Shown here: in pieces, positions 17,869 to 27,108 of the stretch
Layout: each line of letters opens with the position of its first letter
Position numbering within the stretch: position 1 is the first letter of the stretch
From: a virus
Taxonomy: Duplodnaviria > Caudoviricetes
Virus record (IMG/VR): IMGVR_UViG_3300010316_000010
Location: 1 to 56,027 of that record
Length of the DNA stretch: 56,027 nt
Reading direction: 5' to 3' (one strand)
The notes under the pieces: generated by a model
Told to the model about the DNA's origin: nothing
The model's database searches: none
The model's input: the letters and a program-made list of their open reading frames with translations, nothing else
Program-made: the position numbers and the translations under genes

Positions 17869-18318
17869 CTAAAGCGCCTCCTGAGGACCGCGCTTCTGAT
17901 TCTGGTACTTGCCGTCGTAGGGTATGTCAGTCGGATCGTCCAACATGTGGAACAGAATCTGGGCGATCGGCGTACCCTCCGGCAAGATTATCTCACCCTC
18001 TCCGTGGTTCGTGAGCTCGAGAGTCAAGAACCCTGACCATCCCGGCTCGATCACGGTGTTCTGGACCGCGAGTCCGCGCCGCGCCCACGTGGACTTGTCA
18101 TGCACGATACCGACGATCCAGTTCGGCATGTCGAATTTCTCGAGAGTAGATGCGAGTGCGAACGCACCCCTACCGAGGGTTATCTCTTGATCGAGACGCA
18201 CGTCGTATCCGCAGGCGCTGAGGCCGAACGTGGTGTTCGTAGCCTCGTGCCGTGTGCGCTCTACGAACGGCTCGACCGGCCTGACCTGACGCAGTGTTCG
18301 CGAAGACAGTACAGTCAT
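17869..18318 (-). CDS. dcd: dCTP deaminase
   Basis: GLSACGYDVRL, DKSTWARRG, IEPGWSGFLTLEL, IAQILF, YDGKYQNQ. Confidence 0.9.
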   Translation of the reverse strand: MTVLSSRTLRQVRPVEPFVERTRHEATNTTFGLSACGYDVRLDQEITLGRGAFALASTLEKFDMPNWIVGIVHDKSTWARRGLAVQNTVIEPGWSGFLTLELTNHGEGEIILPEGTPIAQILFHMLDDPTDIPYDGKYQNQKRGPQEAL

Positions 18319-18614
18319 CAGAACACACCTCTCTCTAGTAGTTCGATGAACTTCTCCGGCGATCCGCGCTTGATCTTTCCGGTCTTCGCAGACTGCCACT
18401 TGTTCGCGCTCGGCCAGTACTGAGCGACGACCTTGTCGTTGCGAATACGCTTCACGGGCCAGTGAGCGGGAGTGGAGTTGACCAGATAGTATCCTCCCCG
18501 CTCCGCCGCGTATGCGAATTCGCCCCATCGATCCTCGGCTTTCTCCAGAGTCGCGCGACGTTTTTCTTTGATCTCGCGTTTCTGCTGCTGCCAGTACTCG
18601 ATCATCTCACCCAT
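18318..18614 (-). CDS. hypothetical protein
   Basis: Coupled to both neighbours; YWPSANKW motif. Confidence 0.6.
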   Translation of the reverse strand: MGEMIEYWQQQKREIKEKRRATLEKAEDRWGEFAYAAERGGYYLVNSTPAHWPVKRIRNDKVVAQYWPSANKWQSAKTGKIKRGSPEKFIELLERGVF

Positions 18615-19479
18615 GTCTGTAGATCCCCCGAGGTTTGCCTTGTCCAGTCTTCACGCGCAGATACTTGTCGACCTCGCAGAGTGTGTGCTCCACCTCGCGC
18701 ATCTCGAGGATGGGCCAGTCGATCGGCCAGTTGCGGGGGTCTCTGCTCGCAGCCATGATCGCCCGCATCTCGTCGATGAACAGGTGCTTCTTCTGTTTAC
18801 TCGTCAGGTTGCGACCGAAGATGCGGTTCAGGCCGCGCATGGCTCCAGGACCAGGATTCGCCCACGTGAGGATGTCTGGCGCATTGTAGAGCAAATCAGT
18901 CCAGCGCAGGTCGGTGACGAACTCGTAGCTGGTGAAGTCGGCGATGTGTGGGAACTTGGTGAACGCGGACCACGTAGCTTCTAGCGTTCCTGCCTGCTCG
19001 ATCGCGCGGAACACGTCGGCCCTGCCGTCCCAGACCCACTGGATCATCTGTAGAACACCAGTCAGCTTGTCCATGCCGTTCGGGCTGTTGATGATATAGG
19101 CTCCGGTGCAGTACGGCCCCCTCCCGCAGAAAGAAAGGATCGAAGGCTTCATGACGCCAGAGTCGCCCGTATGTAGGAACTCCTCGAAGGCTGTCCGGTT
19201 CCCGAAGCTGGTCTGGTTGAAGATAGCTTCACCAGTGATATTTCGGTTGAATAACCGGAAGACCACGGTCGCCATCAGGGTTGCGACGTTGTCGCCCTCG
19301 TAGCGATTACGTGCATTCGCAGCGAACCAGAGCGTGACGTTGTCCAGTTCGCGATAGACGTTCGTGAACCTGTAGCGGTGAAGAATGGGGTCGTCGGTCC
19401 ACGGGGAGGCACTCCCGGCTTTTCTCCGAAGATAGATCTCGTGGCGCTCGCGAGCGAAGGCGAAAAATTCGTCGTACAT
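18607..19479 (-). CDS. 5-hmdU DNA kinase-family protein (aGPT-Pplase1 / HMUDK helical domain)
   Basis: ERHEIYLRR..G...PWTDDPILHRYRFTNVYRELD, FRLFN, GPGAMRGL, EHTLCEVDKY. Confidence 0.85.
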   Translation of the reverse strand: MYDEFFAFARERHEIYLRRKAGSASPWTDDPILHRYRFTNVYRELDNVTLWFAANARNRYEGDNVATLMATVVFRLFNRNITGEAIFNQTSFGNRTAFEEFLHTGDSGVMKPSILSFCGRGPYCTGAYIINSPNGMDKLTGVLQMIQWVWDGRADVFRAIEQAGTLEATWSAFTKFPHIADFTSYEFVTDLRWTDLLYNAPDILTWANPGPGAMRGLNRIFGRNLTSKQKKHLFIDEMRAIMAASRDPRNWPIDWPILEMREVEHTLCEVDKYLRVKTGQGKPRGIYRHG

Positions 19480-19497
19480 GGTTATCTCCCATATGCT

Positions 19498-19535
19498 AAA
19501 GAAAAGCCCCCCACACCAGAAGGTGCGGAGGGCTT
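19498..19535 (-). terminator. intrinsic terminator
   Basis: aagccctccgcacc-ttct-ggtgtggggggctt followed by U-rich tail. Confidence 0.7.
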
Positions 19536-19596
19536 CAGCAACAAGAGTATGTGCCGAGGGTAGCGGCACATCCCCCTTGTAGCATGTGACCACAAA

Positions 19597-20280
19597 TCAG
19601 GCAACAGCCTTGACAGTGATGAAACCCTTCTTGAGGTCCCAGGAGATGTCGGTGGTCTTCACACCAGCGGTCAGCGCCTGCTCGATCGTCATGCCTTCTT
19701 TGTACATGTTGAAGCGATCTGCCGACGCGCTGCCGTCACGCTTCGGGTTGTTCGAGGCGCCGTACTTCTGGCCCTCTTTGTCGGCACCGAAGTGGATGGT
19801 CGACTTTGGGTTGTGAACGCTCAGCTTGCGCGGGGTCTTCTCAACAGGTGCCTTGCCGTCGGGCTTCGTCGTCGGGGTTGCAGTAGTCATTTGTCTGGAC
19901 TCCTCTATTGCCAGTTTGCGATCCAAGCGGATCAGGTTAACGACCTCGGTCGATTCTTTCGGTGTCTCGCGAGCCTTCTCACACATGACGGCCCACATCT
20001 GCTTGGAGAACCTCTGCATCGACGCTATCCGCATCTGATGTGTCATCCCAGCAGTTTCTTCCAAACTCCTCGCAGTCTCCTGCGCTAGATGGTCGGCCCC
20101 GAGCCTGCTCATCAGGCTTGGGATACGATTCAGTGGTATCTGTTCGGTGATTTTCTCGTGACCCACGATGAGTGGATCTCCGAGCTGGTAGACAGGATCA
20201 AGACCTGCCTCTCTGACATCTTTGAAGGCCCAGAGGTCCCCAAGTCCGTCACGCGTTATTGCGATGCACCCAATCATCAT
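19597..20280 (-). CDS. hypothetical protein with C-terminal NPKR...WD domain (paralog 2); internal in-frame start at 19890
   Basis: NNPKRDGSASADRFNMYKEGMTI...DISWDLKKGFITV; GAGGAG RBS before internal ATG. Confidence 0.7.
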   Translation of the reverse strand: MMIGCIAITRDGLGDLWAFKDVREAGLDPVYQLGDPLIVGHEKITEQIPLNRIPSLMSRLGADHLAQETARSLEETAGMTHQMRIASMQRFSKQMWAVMCEKARETPKESTEVVNLIRLDRKLAIEESRQMTTATPTTKPDGKAPVEKTPRKLSVHNPKSTIHFGADKEGQKYGASNNPKRDGSASADRFNMYKEGMTIEQALTAGVKTTDISWDLKKGFITVKAVA

Positions 20281-20304
20281 AACCCCAGTTGCTGTCGTAG
20301 TTCA

Positions 20305-20333
20305 AATTTAGCGTTCGATTAGATCAAACGCAA
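20305..20333 (-). promoter_or_regulatory. sigma70-like promoter
   Basis: TTGCGT-N17-TAAATT in intergenic gap. Confidence 0.55.
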
Positions 20334-20335
20334 GC

Positions 20336-21835
20336 TCAAATTGGGTAGCTCATGCGAGTTTCTGGGGCCATGATGCTGAGCTGCTTTTTCGCCCGAGTTG
20401 CCGCCACGTACCAGACCCGATCCTCGTCCTCAGGGTTCTCCTCGTACTCTTTGTGAGTCCGCTTCGCCATGTCTGTGACGAGAACAACGTGGTCTGCCTC
20501 CCCGCCCTTCGAGCCGTGGATGGTGCTGAGCCTGACGCGGGGGTCGCCTGTCAGTTTCTCGCCGTTGCGCAGAGCGCGAAGCATGTAGGCTACCTCCTTC
20601 TCCTCGATGCGATCTAGGGCTTGGTGCCAGATGTCGTCGCGGAGCAACCCGCCGTGCTCAGTCAACCAGTTCATGTTGACCATCTGCTCCTGCGGCACGT
20701 TGCTCAGTTTCTTGTATCCTCGCTTCACACCCTTGCCGGAGCTCATCTGGTCGTAGACCTTGATGACGTCACTCGCTGGAACTTCGTTGCCCTTGCGCAG
20801 ACTTTCCCAGATGCGGATGGAGTCGAGCGTCGAGCGACGGATAGAGCTGTGTCCACGAACCTCGTAGATCACACCCTCCTGCTGAAGATACGGCTCGATG
20901 TCCCTGAGCTGGTATCCGTTGCGAGCCAGCACGAGAACGTCCTCGCCCTTGAAGTCGATCTCCTCGATGCTGACAGGACGCTGGATCAGACCGTCCTCGC
21001 TCTTCGGATTCCACAGCTTCTCGCGTCGGTTCCTCACCCGACTTATCACCCCGTCGGCGATCTTCTGCACGTTGATAGGTACGCGCCACGATTGGCCGAG
21101 AACAGTCGCGTCACCCTCCATACTGATGAAGTGCTCGACGGCGGCACCCGCCCACCGATAGATAGCTTGATCGTCGTCCCCCGCCACCACGACGCGCCGC
21201 GCGTCACGCGCCAGACGCTCCACGACACGCCACTGTAGCAGAGACAAGTCCTGCGCCTCGTCGACGAAGAGCACATCAATCGGCGGAGTCCAACCCTGAT
21301 CAGCAAACAGTGAGAGCATGTCGGTGTAGTCGATCAGATGACGGTCAGCCTTGAACTGCTCCAACCCCCGCCGGAGTTTATCTACGAAGCTCCAAGATAG
21401 TCCGTCGCAGTCGCGATCGTACATCTCGCGCAGGGGAACGCAGGTCACGCGGGCCAGATTTTCCATGAACAGGGCGCGGTCACCGTCGGTGAACCCGAAC
21501 ATCGTAGTCTCATCCATGCGACGGTTGATAGTCAGGCTGGTTCCTATCCAGTCGCCGAACTCGAGCATCTTCTTACCCTCGAAGACGTCGCCGTTACTCA
21601 GCCCCAGTGTGCGAAAACACATGGAGTGGAGTGTGCGGAAGTACGGCAGGTCGCGGGGGGATAATTTGAACTTCTCGCAGGCTCGCTGAGCGGCCTCGGT
21701 GGCAGCTTTGCGTGTGAAACTCACGTAGCCTATGCGGTCAGGTGGAACACCTCTGGTCAACTCCTCGTCGACCATCTTGAGGAGTGTCGTAGTCTTTCCC
21801 GTCCCAGGAGGACCGAGTACAATCTCTGGATACAT
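20336..21835 (-). CDS. UvrD/Rep-like superfamily 1 helicase
   Basis: GPPGTGKT, SFTRKAA, DEAQD, GDDDQAIY, STIHGSKGGE, YVAATRAK. Confidence 0.95.
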   Translation of the reverse strand: MYPEIVLGPPGTGKTTTLLKMVDEELTRGVPPDRIGYVSFTRKAATEAAQRACEKFKLSPRDLPYFRTLHSMCFRTLGLSNGDVFEGKKMLEFGDWIGTSLTINRRMDETTMFGFTDGDRALFMENLARVTCVPLREMYDRDCDGLSWSFVDKLRRGLEQFKADRHLIDYTDMLSLFADQGWTPPIDVLFVDEAQDLSLLQWRVVERLARDARRVVVAGDDDQAIYRWAGAAVEHFISMEGDATVLGQSWRVPINVQKIADGVISRVRNRREKLWNPKSEDGLIQRPVSIEEIDFKGEDVLVLARNGYQLRDIEPYLQQEGVIYEVRGHSSIRRSTLDSIRIWESLRKGNEVPASDVIKVYDQMSSGKGVKRGYKKLSNVPQEQMVNMNWLTEHGGLLRDDIWHQALDRIEEKEVAYMLRALRNGEKLTGDPRVRLSTIHGSKGGEADHVVLVTDMAKRTHKEYEENPEDEDRVWYVAATRAKKQLSIMAPETRMSYPI

Positions 21836-21850
21836 AGTTCACCCTTGTTG

Positions 21851-23377
21851 CTAGATTGGTTCTGGTTTAGACTTCGGCAGCGGAACCTGTGGATCGAGTT
21901 GGAAGTCCTGCTGGACCCAGACCACGTTCACACCCTTCCCGCGCAGGTTGAAGAAGTGCCGCCCACCCAGTTCCTCAGTCACAGTCTTTCCGACCGTGTT
22001 CCTGCCCCACTGCTTGAAACCCTGCTTCTCCAGGAACTGCATGAGAGCACTGAGCTTGAAGTAGTGACGCCCACTCTCCGGGTCCTGCCACGGCTTGCCG
22101 AGGATGATGTCTTCCTTGTTCTCGCCACGGTGGCGCGACATGCAGAAGTCTTCCAACAGTTCCATGAAGTGGCCCCGCGTACTCATCTCAGGCGCTGCCT
22201 CGATGATGATAGCGTTCTTCATCGCGTCGCCGATCATGGAGGCCCACTCGTCGTTCTTCATAGGCATGTAGTAGACGGTCAGTTGCTCCATGCAGACGAG
22301 CTGAAAATCCCGATAGTTCTGGAGTTGGCGCGTCTCGAGGACTACACGCTGATCCTCGATATCGAGGAACCAGAGCGGGGGGTCTGTCTCCAGCTTGCTC
22401 AGGCCGGACACCTCTGGAAACATCCCTCCCCCGCCGACGCCGAACTTGCGCGTTCTGCAGAGCGACGAGTTGCAGTAAGAGCAGAGGGGCTGGTCCTTGC
22501 AGGCGTAGCGATATTCCTTCTTCTCGAGGTTCTTGATGATCATCAGAACTTCTTCGCTCGGCAGCGGCGGCTTCATGTACAGAAAGTTGTACTTCTCGAG
22601 CATCTCCTTCCACTTCTCTCCGAACTTCTTCTGGCAGAACACGCCGAGGTTGAACAAGCCGCTGTTTCTCACACCCCCTGGGAACCCGACGTTGGTCAGG
22701 TGCTGGAGACACGGCGGACCATCGTCCAGTGTCTCGTCCTGCTTCTTGACCTTCTTGGCTGGCTTGATCTGCTCAAGCGTGACGCGCATCGACTCGGCGT
22801 AGTCGAGGAACTCTTCGAGACCGTAAGCCGCCATCGTCTTCTTGACTGCGTACCTGTCAGTCTCGTCGCCGCCCAGATACGGCATGTTGAGCCAGTTGCC
22901 CAGATCGCCCTGCTCGCTCAGAACCTGATTCTGTTTTGGGAATATCTCGCAGTCGCCCCAGCCGAGGCTCGCAGCGAGGTCTTTCACGACAGCCCGAGCA
23001 TCTTCCGCCTGCACTGGTTCTCTCAAGAACAGGTAGACGTGAGCGCCACCTGACTTGGACCTACAGACGACGAGCGGTATCTTCTGTTCTTCTAGACTCT
23101 TGACCGTACCAGCCAGATCGATGTCGTAGCGGTCCACGTCGATGCAGAGCCAGAGACACGTGTGGTCTTCGCGTATCGGTATAATTCCGAGTGGTCTTTC
23201 ACCTCTCAGGTGCTGGAGCCAGAGATCATCGGTTACTGCCTGCCTGATTGTTCTCGCAGTTTTCTTGATTTCCTTCTTGCCACCCTTCATCTGGTTGCTA
23301 GAAGTATCTCCGTGTGTTCCGTGTGCCTGAGAGTAACCCTCGAAGAGGCGATGCATCCGCCTAGCAAGTTCTTCCAT
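21851..23377 (-). CDS. AEP-type DNA primase with helical C-terminal domain
   Basis: CIDVD, RSKSGGAHVY, EIFPKQ, GNWLNMPY, PPCL...GVRN. Confidence 0.85.
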   Translation of the reverse strand: MEELARRMHRLFEGYSQAHGTHGDTSSNQMKGGKKEIKKTARTIRQAVTDDLWLQHLRGERPLGIIPIREDHTCLWLCIDVDRYDIDLAGTVKSLEEQKIPLVVCRSKSGGAHVYLFLREPVQAEDARAVVKDLAASLGWGDCEIFPKQNQVLSEQGDLGNWLNMPYLGGDETDRYAVKKTMAAYGLEEFLDYAESMRVTLEQIKPAKKVKKQDETLDDGPPCLQHLTNVGFPGGVRNSGLFNLGVFCQKKFGEKWKEMLEKYNFLYMKPPLPSEEVLMIIKNLEKKEYRYACKDQPLCSYCNSSLCRTRKFGVGGGGMFPEVSGLSKLETDPPLWFLDIEDQRVVLETRQLQNYRDFQLVCMEQLTVYYMPMKNDEWASMIGDAMKNAIIIEAAPEMSTRGHFMELLEDFCMSRHRGENKEDIILGKPWQDPESGRHYFKLSALMQFLEKQGFKQWGRNTVGKTVTEELGGRHFFNLRGKGVNVVWVQQDFQLDPQVPLPKSKPEPI

Positions 23378-23406
23378 GGGTTTCCCTATCTGCTTGAATT
23401 GGTGTG

Positions 23407-23432
23407 ACCCGCGCCCGAGTAGGCGCGGGTCC
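23407..23432 (-). terminator. GC-rich hairpin after SSB-like gene
   Basis: gacccgcgcc-N6-ggcgcgggtc perfect 10-bp stem; no clear U-tract. Confidence 0.45.
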
Positions 23433-23440
23433 GCGTATCA

Positions 23441-24238
23441 TCAGACGGGGATGTCGTTGTCGTCGATCGGATCGGCTGCGTCAGCTTCCATCGCTGCCTT
23501 CACCTCCTGCGCGGCGACAGCTTTGGCGAACTTGAAGCCTTCTTCGAGCATAGTGCGGTCTGCGACCCAACCGGCATCTTTCACCTTGTACTTGTACCAC
23601 GACTGCTGACCCTTCTGACTGAACACAGTCGAAATATCGTACAGGCGCATGAACGCAGGTGCCTTGACGTTCTTGCCGGGAACGCGGAACTGCTTCATCA
23701 GGGCGGTCCACTGGCGGCTGACCGAATGGTTTGTGCCGGACATCGCTACGACGACTGGAAGCATCTCGCCTGCGGGGGAGACAACGTGGCCGAAGTGGTG
23801 GCGAGTCTCAACAAGACGGTTGTTGCTCTCAGGCATACGCCACTCTTTGCGACCTTGTGCGTCGACAACTTCTTCTGCCTCTACCGGACGTGACTCAAAG
23901 TCGTACTGACCCACTGGAGCACCGCCTTCTCCTGGCTCACCAGTCCACTCGACCCACGAGTGGCTGAACCCGCACGGCTGGAACATGATCGGCTGCTCGG
24001 GGGGGAACACAAGTTGAAGTGAGCGGATAATCATCATGCCTGCTTCGGCACCTTCGATGTGACGCTCGTGGCGCTTCTTCACCTCACCGGAGTTGTCCTG
24101 CAAGATGCTCAGTACAGGAATAAGACTGTCGTCTGCCTTCTCGGAGTAACCAAGAACGTCGTCTCCGAGCATCGAGTCATCGATCATCGGTAGCTGTGTG
24201 TCGTCCATAATCGTCAGGGCTGTATCTGTCATCTTCAT
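23441..24238 (-). CDS. putative single-stranded DNA-binding protein
   Basis: IPVLSILQ..S motif; acidic C-tail DDNDIPV; position in replication module. Confidence 0.6.
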   Translation of the reverse strand: MKMTDTALTIMDDTQLPMIDDSMLGDDVLGYSEKADDSLIPVLSILQDNSGEVKKRHERHIEGAEAGMMIIRSLQLVFPPEQPIMFQPCGFSHSWVEWTGEPGEGGAPVGQYDFESRPVEAEEVVDAQGRKEWRMPESNNRLVETRHHFGHVVSPAGEMLPVVVAMSGTNHSVSRQWTALMKQFRVPGKNVKAPAFMRLYDISTVFSQKGQQSWYKYKVKDAGWVADRTMLEEGFKFAKAVAAQEVKAAMEADAADPIDDNDIPV

Positions 24239-24828
24239 TTCTCCTTGGTGATGATTTCTGCTACAGTCTCGTAAGTGGCACCCACCACCTCGAGGTCAAT
24301 CGGGTCGCCGCTCTTGACGATCGATTTTACGAATGAGGTCAAGCTGTTCCACTGAACATTGGGCTCCATCTTGACACTCGCGTTGATGTTGTACTCCGCG
24401 AGCATCTGCTGGACGCGGTTGGCGAGCTGCTCCATCGCGGCGTCGTGGCCCTTGCCCGCTGCTACGACTAGCTCCGTCTTGATGAGGTCGCCGCCGCCAG
24501 CGCGACGCAGTTCCTCGAACGCTTTGAACCGCTTCTCAGCGTCCCAAGTTTTCGAGATACTCGCGTGGCAGTGGTCTTTGAGTGCGACGTCCACCCCCGC
24601 TCCGGGGACGCCGATCCGGTCGACACCTACCTCGTGCATCATGTCGGGGATGGTGCGGGTGCGCATCTCGTGGCGGCGGGTCTTGAGGTCTTTGAGTTTT
24701 TCCTCGAGCTCTTTGGTCTCCTGCTCGATCTGTGCGAGTTCCGCAGCTTTCTCAGCCAGTCGGCGGAGGTCAGCGTCTGCGGGACCGTCGTTTGCCATAG
24801 CGGCGAACTCTTCCAACATGTTCGTCAT
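24235..24828 (-). CDS. conserved phage replication-module protein
   Basis: N-terminal coiled coil, IPDMM, GDLIK, V.W.SL..FVK. Confidence 0.65.
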   Translation of the reverse strand: MTNMLEEFAAMANDGPADADLRRLAEKAAELAQIEQETKELEEKLKDLKTRRHEMRTRTIPDMMHEVGVDRIGVPGAGVDVALKDHCHASISKTWDAEKRFKAFEELRRAGGGDLIKTELVVAAGKGHDAAMEQLANRVQQMLAEYNINASVKMEPNVQWNSLTSFVKSIVKSGDPIDLEVVGATYETVAEIITKEK

Positions 24829-24857
24829 ATCTACCCTTTCGTGTTGCTGGTCCGACC

Positions 24858-24886
24858 ACAATAAACTGCGAATAGCGGGGGTGCAA
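24858..24886 (-). promoter_or_regulatory. sigma70-like promoter for replication operon
   Basis: TTGCAC-N17-TATTGT. Confidence 0.6.
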
Positions 24887-24914
24887 GTTGATGATTATTG
24901 GCCCCTTACGCGCG

Positions 24915-25042
24915 CGCGCCCATCGACAGTTTGTCAAACATTAAACCCCCAAATGTAACCAATAAACCAATAGGAGCGGACCGACAAGCCTGTAAATACT
25001 GGAGTTTTGTCGTATTGCTTCGCTATTGAACTAAGTGGCGTG
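24915..25042 (-). repeat. AT-rich non-coding element, inverted homolog of 1333-1458
   Basis: cgcgcccatcg-N17-aaacccccaaatgtaac ... ctaagtggcgtg. Confidence 0.8.
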
Positions 25043-25084
25043 TGACGTGAAAGCAATAGTTTTGAACCGATGTACGTATGATAT

Positions 25085-25113
25085 TTGTCCCCCCGCTGGT
25101 CGCAAGTTATAAT
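25085..25113 (+). promoter_or_regulatory. sigma70-like promoter
   Basis: TTGTCC-N17-TATAAT. Confidence 0.7.
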
Positions 25114-25144
25114 GGTTTCTCGCAACAAACAGGGTATCACGACT

Positions 25145-26584
25145 ATGGCTTACGAATTCAAGACCAACCCGTACAACCACCAGAAAGAAGCTCTGAAGCG
25201 AATGCTGCCGACTGACGCATTCGCACTGCTCATGGAGATGGGCAGCGGCAAGACGAAGGTCGCAATCGACGAGATAGGTATTCTGAGCGACCAAGGCTTG
25301 ATCGACCGCGCACTCATACTCGCACCGAAGGGCGTGTACGCGAACTGGACGGAGCGGGAGATACCTGCTCACATGCCTGACGACCTGTTGTCAAGAACTG
25401 CGATGTACCGCTGGGACGGCCTCACCAAGCAGACGTCTAAGAACTTGTTCGCACGAGCTGTCGGTTGGAGGGGCCTCGCGATTATGGTCATGAACATCGA
25501 GGCGTTCAGTATGAGCAAGAAGGCCATGGAGGCAGCGCGGACCTTCATCCAGAGCGGCACGTGCGTCATGTACGTCGACGAGAGTACGCTCATCAAGAAC
25601 CACCAGTCGAAGCGCACGAAGAACATCTGCAAGGTCGGCGAGCTCGCTGCGCGGCGGCGCATCATGACAGGTTCGCCAGTCCCCCGCAGCCCGCTCGACT
25701 TCTTCGCGCAGTTCCACTTCCTGAAGCCCGGACTGATAGGAACCAAGAACTACTTCGCGTTCCGCAGTCGCTACGCCAAGATGGAGACGCGCGTGTTCGG
25801 CGGGAGGAGTGTCCAAGTGGTGGCTGGATACTTCAACCTTGAGGACTTGACCCAGCGGACCCAGGAGCACAGCTACCGCGTCACGAAAGACGAGTGCATG
25901 GACCTGCCACCGAAAATCTACACCCGCCGAGACGTAGAGCTAACTCCTGAGCAGGCCAGCGCCTATCAGTCTATGAAGGAGGAGGCGTTCGCAGAAGTAG
26001 CTGACGGGTTCGCAAGCGCCTCGGCCGTTATCACGCAGATCATGCGCCTGCATCAGATATCCTGCGGTCACGTGACGAACGCTGACGGTGACGTGATAGA
26101 CCTACCCCACCGGCGCACAGAGGCGCTGCTCGAAGTCGCAGATGAGACACAGGGTAAGATGATCGTCTGGGCGCGGTATCGTCGCGACATCGCTAACATC
26201 TGCGCCGCCCTGCGAGCTGAGTACGGTGACGCGTCCGTGGTGGAGTACCATGGCGGAACCAAGGGCCAAGACCGCGAGACCGCGGTCACACGGTTCCAGG
26301 ACGACCCCTCGTGCAGGTTCTTCGTAGCGAACCAGCAGACGGGCGGCTACGGCATCACCCTGACGGCAGCGTCCACCGTCGTCTACTACTCCAACGACTA
26401 CGACCTCGAGAAGCGGCTCCAATCCGAGGACCGCGCCCACCGCAGCGGACAGACTAAGTCTGTTCTGTACGTCGACCTCGCTGCACCGAATACCGTCGAC
26501 ATTAAAATCCTAGAAGCACTCAGAAGCAAGAAGAGCCTAGCTGACCTCGTTACAGGTGACGATGTTCGCGACTGGTTCGAGTAA
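25145..26584 (+). CDS. SNF2-family superfamily 2 helicase
   Basis: EMGSGKT, DES..IKN, MTGSP, GGYGITL, QSEDRAHRSGQ. Confidence 0.95.
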   Translation: MAYEFKTNPYNHQKEALKRMLPTDAFALLMEMGSGKTKVAIDEIGILSDQGLIDRALILAPKGVYANWTEREIPAHMPDDLLSRTAMYRWDGLTKQTSKNLFARAVGWRGLAIMVMNIEAFSMSKKAMEAARTFIQSGTCVMYVDESTLIKNHQSKRTKNICKVGELAARRRIMTGSPVPRSPLDFFAQFHFLKPGLIGTKNYFAFRSRYAKMETRVFGGRSVQVVAGYFNLEDLTQRTQEHSYRVTKDECMDLPPKIYTRRDVELTPEQASAYQSMKEEAFAEVADGFASASAVITQIMRLHQISCGHVTNADGDVIDLPHRRTEALLEVADETQGKMIVWARYRRDIANICAALRAEYGDASVVEYHGGTKGQDRETAVTRFQDDPSCRFFVANQQTGGYGITLTAASTVVYYSNDYDLEKRLQSEDRAHRSGQTKSVLYVDLAAPNTVDIKILEALRSKKSLADLVTGDDVRDWFE

Positions 26585-26595
26585 GGAGAAAATAC

Positions 26596-27108
26596 GTGGA
26601 ACACTCCAAAGAAGTTATCATCACACAAGTCAAGTTCACCCATACACTGGATAACGGTGCCGGGTTCGCTGTTCGCACAGACAACATGGAAGACTGCTAC
26701 GTTCCTAAGAAGGTAGCCTCCATGGTCAAGCCTGAGATCGGAAACGTCTACACCGCCAAAGTCGTAGATAATCCGTTCGGCGACAGTCGCAACCGCACCC
26801 CGTGGATGCTCACCTACATGCAGGAGCAACCCCCGCTCGCGGTTGTTCCGGACAGTCGCAAGCCGATCTACGACAGAGTCTGCGATACACTGATGTTTGG
26901 TGGGGTCTGGACAGGACGTACGATAGCTGAGAACCTGCTCAACAGCCCTACTGAGGATATTGTGGTGTCGTGCAGAACTGCACTCGAGAAAGCACACCGC
27001 GAGGGTATCGCCAGCAAGGTGAGCTTCTTCAAAACTCACGGCCAGGAGCGCTCGTCGCGAGACTACTTTCACGCAGTCAACACTTTAGTCAAGGTAGTAG
27101 CAGAATGA
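26596..27108 (+). CDS. hypothetical protein
   Basis: TAAGGAG RBS; ATGA overlap with downstream gene. Confidence 0.65.
   Translation: MEHSKEVIITQVKFTHTLDNGAGFAVRTDNMEDCYVPKKVASMVKPEIGNVYTAKVVDNPFGDSRNRTPWMLTYMQEQPPLAVVPDSRKPIYDRVCDTLMFGGVWTGRTIAENLLNSPTEDIVVSCRTALEKAHREGIASKVSFFKTHGQERSSRDYFHAVNTLVKVVAE

Noticed and set aside
16724-23053. Long plus-strand ORFs (16724-17839, 21845-23053; also 47828-48796 and 50699-51757)
   Set aside because: They are antisense shadows of well-supported minus-strand genes, expected with this GC-rich codon usage, and show no motifs.
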